Assembly: GCA_024762235.1 (NCBI GenBank)
Contig: JANTHT010000001.1
Coordinates: 1-59,198, forward strand
Direction of reading: 5' to 3'
DNA length: 59,198 nucleotides
From: Sulfurospirillum sp.
Lineage (GTDB): Bacteria; Campylobacterota; Campylobacteria; Campylobacterales; QNZT01
The notes under the pieces are model-generated. The model saw nothing but the letters and a program-made list of their open reading frames with translations, was not told the origin of the DNA and searched no databases. Numbering within the stretch: position 1 is the first letter of the stretch; each line of letters starts with the position of its first letter. The position numbers and the translations under genes are program-made. Shown piece after piece: positions 9,222 to 18,290 of this stretch.

Positions 9222-10943
9222 TCATACAAGCGCGGAGGTATGCAGATCCTCCTGCTGAGGCACATGCGTAAATTTACGATCGAGATAGTGTTTGACATCG
9301 TTGTGGATATTTTCATTTTCATCGACGAAAATCAAGTGCTCTTTCCCCAGGCTCCGGATATCGTGCAGGCCCATAACCGCGAGGAGTGACCTGATACTTT
9401 TGCGCATGTTACGGTGGTAGTTCTCTACCATCGTTGCATATTTGTGCACGATATAGGCTTTGCGCCTTCTCTTGTCCTGTGTGGCAAGTCCGACGGGGCA
9501 CTGATGCTTTCCGGCGCCCGAACAGACTCTGGCGCGTATGCAGCCGGCACTCATCATGAAACCGCGTGCGATTCCCACCATGTCGGCACCCAGAGCGAGG
9601 AGTATCACGACATTGTCCGGTGTCAGCGCCTTACCGCTGGCGATCAGCGTGACATCTTTTCTGACGCCGTGCTCTTTGAGAATCTCGTCTGCGAGATAGA
9701 TGGCATCTTTGATGCCGAGTCCGATGCGTTCCATCAGCTCGATGGGTGCGGTCGCGCTGCCGCCTTCCCCGCCGTCGATGGTGATAAAATCGGGTATGGA
9801 ACGATTTTGGGCAAGACGCTTCCTGATCTCCGCGGCGATAGGGGCAAACCCCTCTCTGTCGGAGATGATCGTTTTGAAGCCGACAGGTTTGCCGCTTAGC
9901 ATCTGCAGTTTTTCGATGAAGTCGAAGAGTTCGCCGACACTTCCGGCATAAGGGAAACGGTTTGGTGAGAAGAGGTCCCTGTGCGGGGTGACACCGCGAT
10001 ACCAGGCCACCGCTTCTGTCACTTTGCTGGCGACTATTTTCCCGCCCGTCTGCTTTGCCCCCTGTGCGAGTTTGATTTCGGTCATTTTGCAGAAGCGCAT
10101 CGCTTTACGGTATCGGAGTGCGTCGAACTCTCCGTGTCTGTCACGAACACCGTAGAGCCCGGATCCGATCTGCAGGATGATATCGGCGATATCATCGGGT
10201 ACGGTATCGGGGAAATTGTCGAGTGGTGCACTCCAGTCGATACGGTAGAAGCACATTTTTGTGCGGTCGAAGTTGTAGGTATCCTCCAGACCGTGCGGTA
10301 ATACGACCGGTTTGAGGCGGCTGATGGCAAATGCGGTGTTGAAGAGTCTGCGCAGTATCTGAAAAAGGCGGATCTGCCATGCGGAGAGTGCGACCACTTC
10401 CATATAGCGCTTGTCATAGGAGCGGTGGGTTACGAGGAAATTGGTCGTCAGGCCGCCTTCACCGGTATTGATCGGAAATCTGCCGCGAAATGCGCCTATG
10501 GAAAACGCCTGTGTCCCTTCGGGTGAGATGGAACCGTCGCTCATACCGCTTCGCAAGATGATCGATTTCGCACAGAAAGGTCTCTGCCGATTGCCGCCGA
10601 TCGTCAGTGAGAAGTTATCGTTCACTTCTTCGTCATTGCAGGGTGCAAACGCGTGTTTGAGTAAAAATTTGGGATTTTTCTGAGGATCGCTTTGAGAGAA
10701 AGAGATGAAATGGCTATTGTCTCTTGCAGCTTTGTAGACCCACTCGATCTTGTCGCGGGAGTCGAAGATATACTCCCTGCCGAAATATTGACGAAAGGGT
10801 TCGCGCACCGCTTCGAAAAAGTAACGCAACCGCCCGATGAGCGGATAGTTGATCAGCAGTGTATGTTTGCGTTGCACATAGCGGTCATAGAGATACCAGA
10901 GCAGCAGGATCAGCGCAACGGTACCCAGAACTGATTCGATCAT
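9222..10943 (-). CDS. FMN-binding glutamate synthase family protein (GltB domain-2-like), membrane anchored
   Basis: N-terminal TM helix and a GltS FMN-domain signature (..ITIDGGEGGSATAP..). 573 aa. Confidence 0.75.
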   Translation of the reverse strand: MIESVLGTVALILLLWYLYDRYVQRKHTLLINYPLIGRLRYFFEAVREPFRQYFGREYIFDSRDKIEWVYKAARDNSHFISFSQSDPQKNPKFLLKHAFAPCNDEEVNDNFSLTIGGNRQRPFCAKSIILRSGMSDGSISPEGTQAFSIGAFRGRFPINTGEGGLTTNFLVTHRSYDKRYMEVVALSAWQIRLFQILRRLFNTAFAISRLKPVVLPHGLEDTYNFDRTKMCFYRIDWSAPLDNFPDTVPDDIADIILQIGSGLYGVRDRHGEFDALRYRKAMRFCKMTEIKLAQGAKQTGGKIVASKVTEAVAWYRGVTPHRDLFSPNRFPYAGSVGELFDFIEKLQMLSGKPVGFKTIISDREGFAPIAAEIRKRLAQNRSIPDFITIDGGEGGSATAPIELMERIGLGIKDAIYLADEILKEHGVRKDVTLIASGKALTPDNVVILLALGADMVGIARGFMMSAGCIRARVCSGAGKHQCPVGLATQDKRRRKAYIVHKYATMVENYHRNMRKSIRSLLAVMGLHDIRSLGKEHLIFVDENENIHNDVKHYLDRKFTHVPQQEDLHTSALV

Positions 10944-11099
10944 ACTTCACCTTTTTTCTTTATCTATATCGGTGAATCTGCCGAAGCGTTTAGGGTGACG
11001 TGGCTGACTGCATGCCAAAAGGTATGTCGATGCGTGTATAGAGTGCCTGGAAAGGATGGTGTTTCAAATGTTGCGCAGAAACTCGCTATAATTGTATCC

Positions 11100-11795
11100 A
11101 TGCAAGAGATAGAGATACAAAACCGGGATTGCCTGGCATTTTTACGGGATATCGAAGATGAGAGTATCGACCTGGTGCTGGTCGATCCCCCATATGAGAT
11201 TTCACGCGACACAGGCTTCGAAGCGGTGGTCAAAGGGGTCGATCGCTTCAAGATCTCTATGGACTTCGGTGCGTGGGACTACGACTTCAAAGGGCTCGAT
11301 CTGGTGATTTCAGAATTTTACCGGGTGCTGCGCAAAGGGGGTACGGTGATCATCTTCTACGATCTCTGGAAAATCACCTATCTTGCGACGATGCTGGAGC
11401 ATTTCAGCTTCAGACAGCTGCGTTTCATCGAGTGGATCAAGACCAACCCGGTCCCTCTCAATTCGAAGGTCAATTACCTGACAAATGCCCGGGAAATCGC
11501 CGTCACCGCCAACAAAGGCGGAAAGCCGACGTTTCATTCGGAGTATGACAACGGAATCTATACCTATCCTATCTATCAGGGAAAAGACCGGTGCCACCCG
11601 ACTCAGAAACCGCTCAGGCTTTTCGAAGCGCTGATACGCAAACACTCGGATGAAGGTGATGTCGTACTGGACTGCTTCCTGGGGTCCGGCACGACGGCGG
11701 TGGCGTGTCAAAACACCAACCGGCGTTTTGTCGGATGCGAGATAGACGCCGAGTACTACAGCAGAGCGCTGGCGCGATTGTCTCAGGAGGTGTAG
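11100..11795 (+). CDS. Site-specific DNA methyltransferase (N4/N6 amino-MTase, beta class), orphan
   Basis: DPPY (motif IV) is N-terminal; HPTQKP and FLGSGTT (motif I) are C-terminal. Start chosen at the ATG at 11100 (MQEIEIQNRDCLAFL). No nuclease gene is adjacent. Confidence 0.8.
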   Translation: MQEIEIQNRDCLAFLRDIEDESIDLVLVDPPYEISRDTGFEAVVKGVDRFKISMDFGAWDYDFKGLDLVISEFYRVLRKGGTVIIFYDLWKITYLATMLEHFSFRQLRFIEWIKTNPVPLNSKVNYLTNAREIAVTANKGGKPTFHSEYDNGIYTYPIYQGKDRCHPTQKPLRLFEALIRKHSDEGDVVLDCFLGSGTTAVACQNTNRRFVGCEIDAEYYSRALARLSQEV

Positions 11796-12634
11796 ATCAG
11801 TTTTTCGCTGATCTTGCCGTCGGTAATCTCTACATAGCGCATCGGGTACATGTCCAGATCGAGCGGGCGGACAAATCCGCGTGTCGCGATCACTTTGGTA
11901 CCCTGTATCTCACTGACATTGTCGATGTGCTTGTGTCCCGAAAGGGTGAGGATCAGGTTTTTGTAGTCAAAGAGCCGTTTTTGTGCCTCTTCGGTATTGT
12001 TGAGAACATATTTGTGGATCTTTTCGGGATCTTTCTCTCCCCAGTAGTTGGTGTAGGGGTGGTGATTGAGGATGATCGTCGGTTTGCCGCGTTTGAGGTG
12101 CGATTCGGCAAAATCGAGTGTTTCGGCTGTGTAGCGCCCGTTGTTGTGGTGTTCGATATTGCTGTCCAGGCCGAGAATGAGATACCCCTTCTTCTCCAGC
12201 ATCCAGTCTTTGCCATGTTTTATGAGTTCTTTTTTCGGGGCAATGAACATCGCTTCGAAATCGGCGAGATTTTGCGGATCGTTTTCAGGCTTCGGAGAGG
12301 ACTCTTTGTTGCCACGCACCAGATAGGAGGGGCAGTGGAGGGTGTCGATGATCTTTTTGAAAGTACGTGCATCTTTGTCGCCGGGGACGTTGTTGTTGAA
12401 GTTGTCGCCTCCGAAGAGTACGAAGTCGATATCCTTATAGTTTTTGTTGATGAAGGAAGCCATCGTCTCCATCGCTTCGACGCTGTTTTCATCCCCCAGA
12501 TCCATGTGCGAGTCGGTGACGTGGATAAAGCTGAGCGCAGGGTGACTCTCTTTGTCGGATGCCTGTGTCATGATGGGCAGCGCTGAGAGTGCCGCAGCAC
12601 TTTTGATAAAATCTCTTCGGGTCAGTTTTGGCAT
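11783..12634 (-). CDS. Tat-exported metallophosphoesterase
   Basis: Twin-arginine signal (TRRDFIKSAAALSALP). Phosphoesterase motifs are present (HVTDSH, GGDNF, GNKES, NHHP). The 3' end overlaps the methyltransferase 3' end by 13 nt. Confidence 0.75.
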   Translation of the reverse strand: MPKLTRRDFIKSAAALSALPIMTQASDKESHPALSFIHVTDSHMDLGDENSVEAMETMASFINKNYKDIDFVLFGGDNFNNNVPGDKDARTFKKIIDTLHCPSYLVRGNKESSPKPENDPQNLADFEAMFIAPKKELIKHGKDWMLEKKGYLILGLDSNIEHHNNGRYTAETLDFAESHLKRGKPTIILNHHPYTNYWGEKDPEKIHKYVLNNTEEAQKRLFDYKNLILTLSGHKHIDNVSEIQGTKVIATRGFVRPLDLDMYPMRYVEITDGKISEKLIYTS

Positions 12635-12757
12635 GATGGACTCCTCGGTTACGTTGGGTTGATAAAAATAGTTTAGTGTGCCGACGATTAAAAAGAGGTT
12701 AAGAGAGATAGGAAGAGAGGGGTATAAGCGAAGAAGGCGCGGTGCCCTCTTCTGATA

Positions 12758-13156
12758 TTATTTACTGTGTGCTTTGTGGACTTCTACCAGCTCTGCGATA
12801 TCGGTATCGAGCACGTAGACATTGGTATATCCCAGCATCTCCAGATACCCCATGACACGGTTGGCGAACCACCCTTTGACACAACCGCAGACGATCGGTG
12901 TCGTATGGTCGGAAGGGAGTTCGTCCAGATAGTCCGCAAACTCGGGGTAGGGTGTATAGAGCGCACTGGGGATATCCGCTTCCTGTGCATTTTCACCGAC
13001 CACTTTTGCAGGCGGGCGTACATCGAGCAGAACCGCTCCCGCATCCATCAACAATTCTCTCGTTTTGTGCAGATCGATATTTCCGAGATTGGGCTTCTCT
13101 TTGTTGTTTGCGATGATCGTTGCCAACTCTTCTTTGATTTTATCTGACATAGTCAC
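12758..13156 (-). CDS. Rhodanese-like domain protein
   Basis: 132-aa single rhodanese-like fold (..VLLDVRPP.. and ..PIVCGCVKGWFANRVMGYLEMLGYTNVYVL..). Confidence 0.6.
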   Translation of the reverse strand: MTMSDKIKEELATIIANNKEKPNLGNIDLHKTRELLMDAGAVLLDVRPPAKVVGENAQEADIPSALYTPYPEFADYLDELPSDHTTPIVCGCVKGWFANRVMGYLEMLGYTNVYVLDTDIAELVEVHKAHSK

Positions 13157-13255
13157 TCCTCGTGTGTTAAGATGTTTCTATTATAGAGCATAAGTGCTGA
13201 TAAAAAGCTTAAGTATAGTGATTGCATGAATATAACCAAACTTTAGTCTATATAA

Positions 13256-13969
13256 CTAACCTTCATGGCACTGCAGAAGCGTACGGTTTGGATCGGCGAT
13301 ATAGAGGTACCCATGATAGATGGTGTAGAAGCCGTAAAGAACCACCAGGATCGCTGCGAGTTTGATCAGCGTGTTACGCAGGGTGGTCTGTTTGAAGATA
13401 CCGACGAAAAAACCGAGTGAAAAGAGTGCCGGAATGGTGCTGATACCGAAGATGAACATCACGACTGCACCCCAGAAAGGACTGCCGGTACTCGCGGCGG
13501 TGATCGCGAAAAAGTAGACGAAGCCGCATGGAAGCAGACCGTTGAGCATGCCGAGTATGAAAAAACTGAAGAGACTTCTGGAGTGCAACAGCGCGCGAAA
13601 ACTCTCCTGATACCAGCGACTTTTCGAGAAAGAGTGCTCGATAAGCGTCAGAAACTTCACTTTGCCGATGAGTGAGAGTCCCGCGAGGACCATAAAGAGG
13701 CCTGCGACGATCCAGAGCGTACCGTTGGCGACATTGTTGAAGGTCGCGACACCGCCCAGGAAGCCGAAGATCGCTCCCAGAAGGGTATAGGTGAGTACGC
13801 GGCCGAACGAGTAGGCCAGATGGGCGATCGCCTGTTTTGTTTTGCTCCACTGATCGTCGACTTTTGTCGTGGTATAGGCAAGAACGATACCGCCGCACAT
13901 ACCTACACAGTGGCCAAAAGAGCCCAGAAAGGCAATCGTCATAATGCTGATGAGATTAATAGTGTCCAT
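13256..13969 (-). CDS. DsbD_2 / TauE-SafE-like polytopic membrane protein
   Basis: Six or more TM helices with the HCxGMCGG motif in TM1 (GSFGHCVGMCGGIV). Last gene of the NosL-ABC operon, 3 nt after the preceding stop. Confidence 0.65.
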   Translation of the reverse strand: MDTINLISIMTIAFLGSFGHCVGMCGGIVLAYTTTKVDDQWSKTKQAIAHLAYSFGRVLTYTLLGAIFGFLGGVATFNNVANGTLWIVAGLFMVLAGLSLIGKVKFLTLIEHSFSKSRWYQESFRALLHSRSLFSFFILGMLNGLLPCGFVYFFAITAASTGSPFWGAVVMFIFGISTIPALFSLGFFVGIFKQTTLRNTLIKLAAILVVLYGFYTIYHGYLYIADPNRTLLQCHEG

Positions 13970-13972
13970 AAG

Positions 13973-14476
13973 TCAGTTTCCCAGTAGTTTTTTGCGTACG
14001 CGCGGATCTGTGAGGTTTTCACCACGCAGCATCCTGAGGCGCATCTCGTCGAAAGAGATATACCCCTCTTTTTTCTTCTCTCTGGCACCGAAGCCATAGT
14101 GCATGGGTGTTTTGTCCGTCACTGCATACCAGGCTTTTCGGGCGTCTATCCATCTGCCGGTATCGACCGCTTTCGCCCAGAGTACCGCTTCGTTTTTGAA
14201 AGATTTGTCTTCGAGCCACTTGATCATGCAGCCCGGGTCATCGAAAAACCATGTGTTGCCGTTGGGTGCCACCACTTCCGCCGCATGCGTCGTATCTGTG
14301 ATGATCATCCTGCATTCGGTATCGTTGACATGGCCTTCCCTGATCGGCAGCGGGAGCTTTTGAAAGTTGCCCTTGGCGATCGTGACCATATCCTCCTTTT
14401 TGGAGAGTGAGACGAAGAGGATCACGACAACGGCGACGATCAGCAGCATCGTCAGGATCGGAATAACTTTTTTCAT
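13973..14476 (-). CDS. NosL-family (copper-chaperone-like) membrane-anchored protein
   Basis: Start chosen at the ATG at 14476 (ATGA overlap with the upstream stop). Has an N-terminal TM and a NosL-like core (..TECRMII..AAEVV..WFFDDPGCMIKW..WIDARKAWY..). Confidence 0.6.
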   Translation of the reverse strand: MKKVIPILTMLLIVAVVVILFVSLSKKEDMVTIAKGNFQKLPLPIREGHVNDTECRMIITDTTHAAEVVAPNGNTWFFDDPGCMIKWLEDKSFKNEAVLWAKAVDTGRWIDARKAWYAVTDKTPMHYGFGAREKKKEGYISFDEMRLRMLRGENLTDPRVRKKLLGN

Positions 14477-15435
14477 AAGAGAACTCCGTTTTGGATGTAG
14501 TAGTATGCGACATAGGCGGTGCATAGTATGACAAAAAATGTGTTAAAAAGTATCGCGAGGCGGTAGAGACGGGGCGCTTCCCGATGGATCAGGAGTTTGA
14601 GCACAAAGTTGGCGATACCGAAAAAAGTACCCAGAAAGAGTGTCGACCAGAGTAGGTAGCCGACATAGTAATACTCTTTCTGCAACATGCAGAAGGGGCA
14701 TTTGTGGGTAGGCAGCTGGTAGATATAGGTACCGAAAAAGTGGACGACACTCTGATAGGCGATATAGAGAAACATGAGTGAGACGACAAAGAGCAGCGGT
14801 GCGTTTCGCTGCAGGGAGAGGAGCAGTGTCAGCAGGTAAAGCAGGTAAAATATCGCCAGTAGCAGCGGTATCGTCAGATTGAAAGGGATCCTGTTGCTGC
14901 CCGATATGCCGAAGATTGCCGAGCAGCACTGCACCACATCCGAAGTCGATATGTGTGAAAAATAGGCGATATCGAGAAAATACTCCAGCGTAAGCAGTAC
15001 AAAGATAAAGCAATAGAAACGAAACTTCATTTTGAAGTAGGGGTAGTCGATCGCCTGCTGGTCCTGGTGGTTGATGATGAGCCAGACGCCTACGGCAAAA
15101 AGGAGGATGATTTTCAGAAAGAGCAGCGGATTGCCGTAGATGTTGGCGGAGATGACGCCGGCAGCACACATGGCGCCGGGTATGAGCAGGGAGAGTTTGT
15201 CGATCGTGTAGGCGAAATAGGGCAGCAGCAGGATCTTTAGCACCAGGAGGAGCTGGATGATCGTAACGATCAGAAAAGCACGCTTTTCGAGTAGATACTG
15301 CCCGGGTGTCGTCGCCTGAAAATCCCACTTTCCGAGAATCTGCAGCGTGCCGGCAAAGGCGATAAGCGCCAGGAGATAGAGCAGTGTTTCACTCAGGAGA
15401 AAGATCAATACCTGATTTGAGAGAAAAATTTCCAC
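14473..15435 (-). CDS. Polytopic membrane protein of unknown function (CxxC-containing)
   Basis: 320 aa with about 9 predicted TM helices and conserved-looking Cys pairs (VQCCS, HKCPFCM). The GTG start overlaps the ABC ATPase stop (TAGTG). Confidence 0.6.
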   Translation of the reverse strand: MEIFLSNQVLIFLLSETLLYLLALIAFAGTLQILGKWDFQATTPGQYLLEKRAFLIVTIIQLLLVLKILLLPYFAYTIDKLSLLIPGAMCAAGVISANIYGNPLLFLKIILLFAVGVWLIINHQDQQAIDYPYFKMKFRFYCFIFVLLTLEYFLDIAYFSHISTSDVVQCCSAIFGISGSNRIPFNLTIPLLLAIFYLLYLLTLLLSLQRNAPLLFVVSLMFLYIAYQSVVHFFGTYIYQLPTHKCPFCMLQKEYYYVGYLLWSTLFLGTFFGIANFVLKLLIHREAPRLYRLAILFNTFFVILCTAYVAYYYIQNGVLL

Positions 15436-16103
15436 TAGAGGATCACTCCGTTTTCGATCCGGATGACCTGGTCCACCTCTGCCAGATCGTCGAAGAGCGT
15501 ATCATGTGTGGCGATGACGAGTGTGTAGCCGCGTTTTTTGAGATCTTTGACCGCTTCGACGAAAACGAGGGCGTTGTCACGGTCGAGGTTGGCGGTGGGT
15601 TCGTCGCAGAGGATCAGCTTCGGATCGCTGACGAGGGCTCTCGCGATCGCACAGCGCTGTTTCTCGCCGCCGGAAAGGGCATGTGCGGGAGTCTCTTTTT
15701 TGTGGACGATGTTGGCTATCCGGAGGGCACGTTCCACTTTTTGATCGATCTCTTTTTGCCGGAGTCCAAGGGGGATCAGCGGTACCGAAACATTGTCGGC
15801 GACACTGAGATGTCCGAGCAGGTTGAAGGATTGAAAGATGAAGCCGATCGTTGTGGCACGAAAACGGGAAGCATGCAGGTCGGGCAGCTTGGCGACATGT
15901 TTTCCTTCTACAATCACCTCTCCCGATGTAGGTTTGAGCATCGAAGCGACGATGGCCAGCAAGGTCGACTTGCCGCTGCCGCTGACCCCTTTGAGGAGTA
16001 CCAGTTCATTTTCGCCGACATCGAAGGTGATATCTCTGAGGGCGGTGAACTCTTGCGGCGTGCCGGGGTTGAAAGTTTTGGTGAGGTTTTGTATATGGAT
16101 CAT
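15435..16103 (-). CDS. ABC transporter ATP-binding protein (MacB/LolD/FtsE type)
   Basis: Walker A GVSGSGKST, signature LSGGEKQR, Walker B LILCDEPT. ATGA overlap with the permease stop. Confidence 0.9.
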   Translation of the reverse strand: MIHIQNLTKTFNPGTPQEFTALRDITFDVGENELVLLKGVSGSGKSTLLAIVASMLKPTSGEVIVEGKHVAKLPDLHASRFRATTIGFIFQSFNLLGHLSVADNVSVPLIPLGLRQKEIDQKVERALRIANIVHKKETPAHALSGGEKQRCAIARALVSDPKLILCDEPTANLDRDNALVFVEAVKDLKKRGYTLVIATHDTLFDDLAEVDQVIRIENGVIL

Positions 16104-17275
16104 TTCAGTGCCTCCGCAGCGTCGGTGATGGCGATCTTCCAGACAGGGATGAGGATGGATGTCAGAAAGGGGACGATGAAGAAGAGAAAGAGGGAAACCA
16201 GTGTACCGAACGCTATGACGGGCGTGAAACGGACGTCGACGGGGAGATTGCCGGATCCCAGAAAGATATCTCTGAGCAGGGGAGCCTGCAGGATAAAAAC
16301 ATAGCCGTAAGCGATCAATATACCTGTACCGAAAGCGAGCAGTGCGACGGTGAGAGATTCGTAGAGTTTGAGTCGGATCACATCCCTGATACTCCAGCCC
16401 ACTGCACGCAGCAGTGCGATCTCACTACGCTCCGCCGAACCCACCATCGCGTATCTCTGGAAGAGAATCAGCATGAAGGTGACGAGGGTGATCAGAAAGA
16501 GGATCAGGAAGATCCCGCCTTTATAGTTGAAGAGATTTTCATACCCCTTTTCGAGTGCTTTTTTGGTGATGATGCGTGTATCGAAATCTTTTTCGAGTAG
16601 TTTGAAGCGGATATTTTCCCGTTCCATCGGATTGGGGACGGAGAGGATGATGTCAGTCGCTTTGTCGGGATCGACTCCCAGAACGGTACGCGCGAGGTCG
16701 ATATCCATCAGGACGATATCCGAGGCGATGAGGTTCTGCTCCCGGGGCAGCGTGTCGTAGATGGCGACCTTTTCGGTTTTGCCCTCTGGTGTGGTGAAGT
16801 TGTAAAAGTCGTCGTAGTAGTGCTCTTTGAGAAAGGTTTTGACACCGGATCCGACGATCATCTGTTTTTTCGCGAGAAAGGCTTTGATGTCGATCTGTGC
16901 GAAGAGTTTCGCGATCCACCGCACCTGCTGTTCGTCGAAGAAGTCGACCCCGACGATCGTGAAGTAGTGTTTGCGATCCTGCGTGAAGTAGCGTCCGAAG
17001 ACTCTGGGTGCGACATAGCTGACCCCTTTGATATCGGCATACTTCAGGATACGGTCGGTTTCGATATCGACACTGCGTCCCGCTTCCATCTTCTGTATGG
17101 TGAAATCGGGCTGCTCTTCGAGGGAGAGGAGGGCGTCGTGACGGATCGATGCGGCCAGGAAAAAGAAGGAAGCGAGCAACGCTACCAGCAGCGCGGAGAT
17201 CAGAAAAACGGCGATATGCTTGTTTCTGTGTTTGTCGACGAGCAGAAAGAGGAAATTGAGAAAACTATTTTGCAT
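16100..17275 (-). CDS. ABC transporter permease, FtsX/MacB-like (type VII)
   Basis: One N-terminal TM, a ~230-aa extracytoplasmic domain, then a three-TM FtsX-type C-terminus. Start chosen at the ATG at 17275 (GGAG RBS 9 nt upstream). Confidence 0.8.
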   Translation of the reverse strand: MQNSFLNFLFLLVDKHRNKHIAVFLISALLVALLASFFFLAASIRHDALLSLEEQPDFTIQKMEAGRSVDIETDRILKYADIKGVSYVAPRVFGRYFTQDRKHYFTIVGVDFFDEQQVRWIAKLFAQIDIKAFLAKKQMIVGSGVKTFLKEHYYDDFYNFTTPEGKTEKVAIYDTLPREQNLIASDIVLMDIDLARTVLGVDPDKATDIILSVPNPMERENIRFKLLEKDFDTRIITKKALEKGYENLFNYKGGIFLILFLITLVTFMLILFQRYAMVGSAERSEIALLRAVGWSIRDVIRLKLYESLTVALLAFGTGILIAYGYVFILQAPLLRDIFLGSGNLPVDVRFTPVIAFGTLVSLFLFFIVPFLTSILIPVWKIAITDAAEALK

Positions 17276-17459
17276 AGACAAACTCCAGATAGTCGATGGG
17301 TTGCATCTTCGGGTAGAGATGGTCACGATAATCCCGGTAAGGGCGTATGCGCGGCTCCAGTGGCTGGGCCGAGAGAGCAGGAGGGGGCAGTCGGGTCAGT
17401 GCAGAGAGGGCATGCAGCGTTTCGCTATCTTCCCGGAAGGTCATCGCATGCAGGAGCAT
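17265..17459 (-). CDS. Possible small coupled ORF (64 aa from ATG 17459; reading frame open back to 17615)
   Basis: Fills the 245-nt gap between the first NosL gene and the permease. Its stop overlaps the permease ATG region by 11 nt. The start is uncertain. Confidence 0.25.
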   Translation of the reverse strand: MLLHAMTFREDSETLHALSALTRLPPPALSAQPLEPRIRPYRDYRDHLYPKMQPIDYLEFVYAK

Positions 17460-17520
17460 CACCGACAGCGCCAGTGTCAGAAATCCAAAAAGTGTGAGAA
17501 AGCGGGCTGTGCGTTTCGTT

Positions 17521-18165
17521 TTATTCCCCCTCGTAGAGATCCTCTTCGCGGATCTCGTCAAAGCGTATGATTTTTTTGCCGAAGTGCTCTTTCTTAAAAA
17601 TTTCGGCATCTTCACGCGAAGCGAATGGGATCAGTTCTCTACCCATCGGGCCGTAGACGTTCGATCCTGTCACGTACCATGCTCTGCGTGCATCGATCGA
17701 TTTGAGCGTGTAGAAATCCTGTACACGAATGGGGTCGAACCGTTCATCTTTGTGATTGAAATAGTACTTCATCATATCTTTGACACCGTCGAAGTAGCGT
17801 TTCTTGCCGTTACTGTCTTGCATCATGGTGGCCCATTTGGGATATTTGGCGACGAACATACCGCAGATGGGGCACTTGGCATCTTTGGGAACGTCGATGC
17901 TTTTGGGGTTGGTGTCGGTATTCTTGAGAGAGGAGATCCACTGCGCGACGGCTTCCAGTTTTTCCGGAGTGAGCGGTCTGCAGAGTTTTTGGGAGAGGAT
18001 CGCTCTCTTCGCATCTTCAGGTGAATCGAAGTGGGCAGTTTTAAGCCTTTTATCGTCGCACATCAGCTGGGCGATCTTTTTGCCTTTATGCAGCATGATG
18101 CTCTGCGTATCGGCGTGGAGCACGAAAGCGAAGAAGAGAAACAGTATCAGGAGAATCTTTTTCAT
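17521..18165 (-). CDS. Periplasmic NosL-family protein with N-terminal extension
   Basis: Signal peptide (MKKILLILFLFFAFVLHA) and a NosL-like core (KCPICGMFV..YFDGVKDMMKYY..IDARRAWYVTGSNVYGPMGRELIPF). First gene of the operon. Confidence 0.7.
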   Translation of the reverse strand: MKKILLILFLFFAFVLHADTQSIMLHKGKKIAQLMCDDKRLKTAHFDSPEDAKRAILSQKLCRPLTPEKLEAVAQWISSLKNTDTNPKSIDVPKDAKCPICGMFVAKYPKWATMMQDSNGKKRYFDGVKDMMKYYFNHKDERFDPIRVQDFYTLKSIDARRAWYVTGSNVYGPMGRELIPFASREDAEIFKKEHFGKKIIRFDEIREEDLYEGE

Positions 18166-18290
18166 CTGCTTATCCTTGATTGGAAAAGATATCCTGTGCG
18201 TTTAATGGTTTAATGCTTGTAAAGGAGGTGTGTAGTAGCGGATATTGTCGCATACCAGGATATCTTTGGTGCAATTATAGGATCAGAGTG

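Noticed and set aside
10995-11099. A longer 266-aa version of the methyltransferase ORF.
   Set aside because: The first 35 codons have no homology-like features and begin in the divergent promoter region. The ATG at 11100 precedes the conserved N-terminus.
11705-12586. A 293-aa plus-strand ORF overlapping the metallophosphoesterase gene.
   Set aside because: It is the codon-aligned mirror of the minus-strand gene. That gene has a Tat signal and phosphoesterase motifs; the plus-strand product has none.
13256-18165. The NosL-containing operon, considered as a nitrous-oxide reductase (nos) cluster.
   Set aside because: nosZ, nosD, an ABC-2-type nosY and the epsilonproteobacterial nosB/G/H/C genes are all absent. 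The permease is FtsX/MacB-type. Only the NosL fold is shared, so it is reported as an uncharacterised system.
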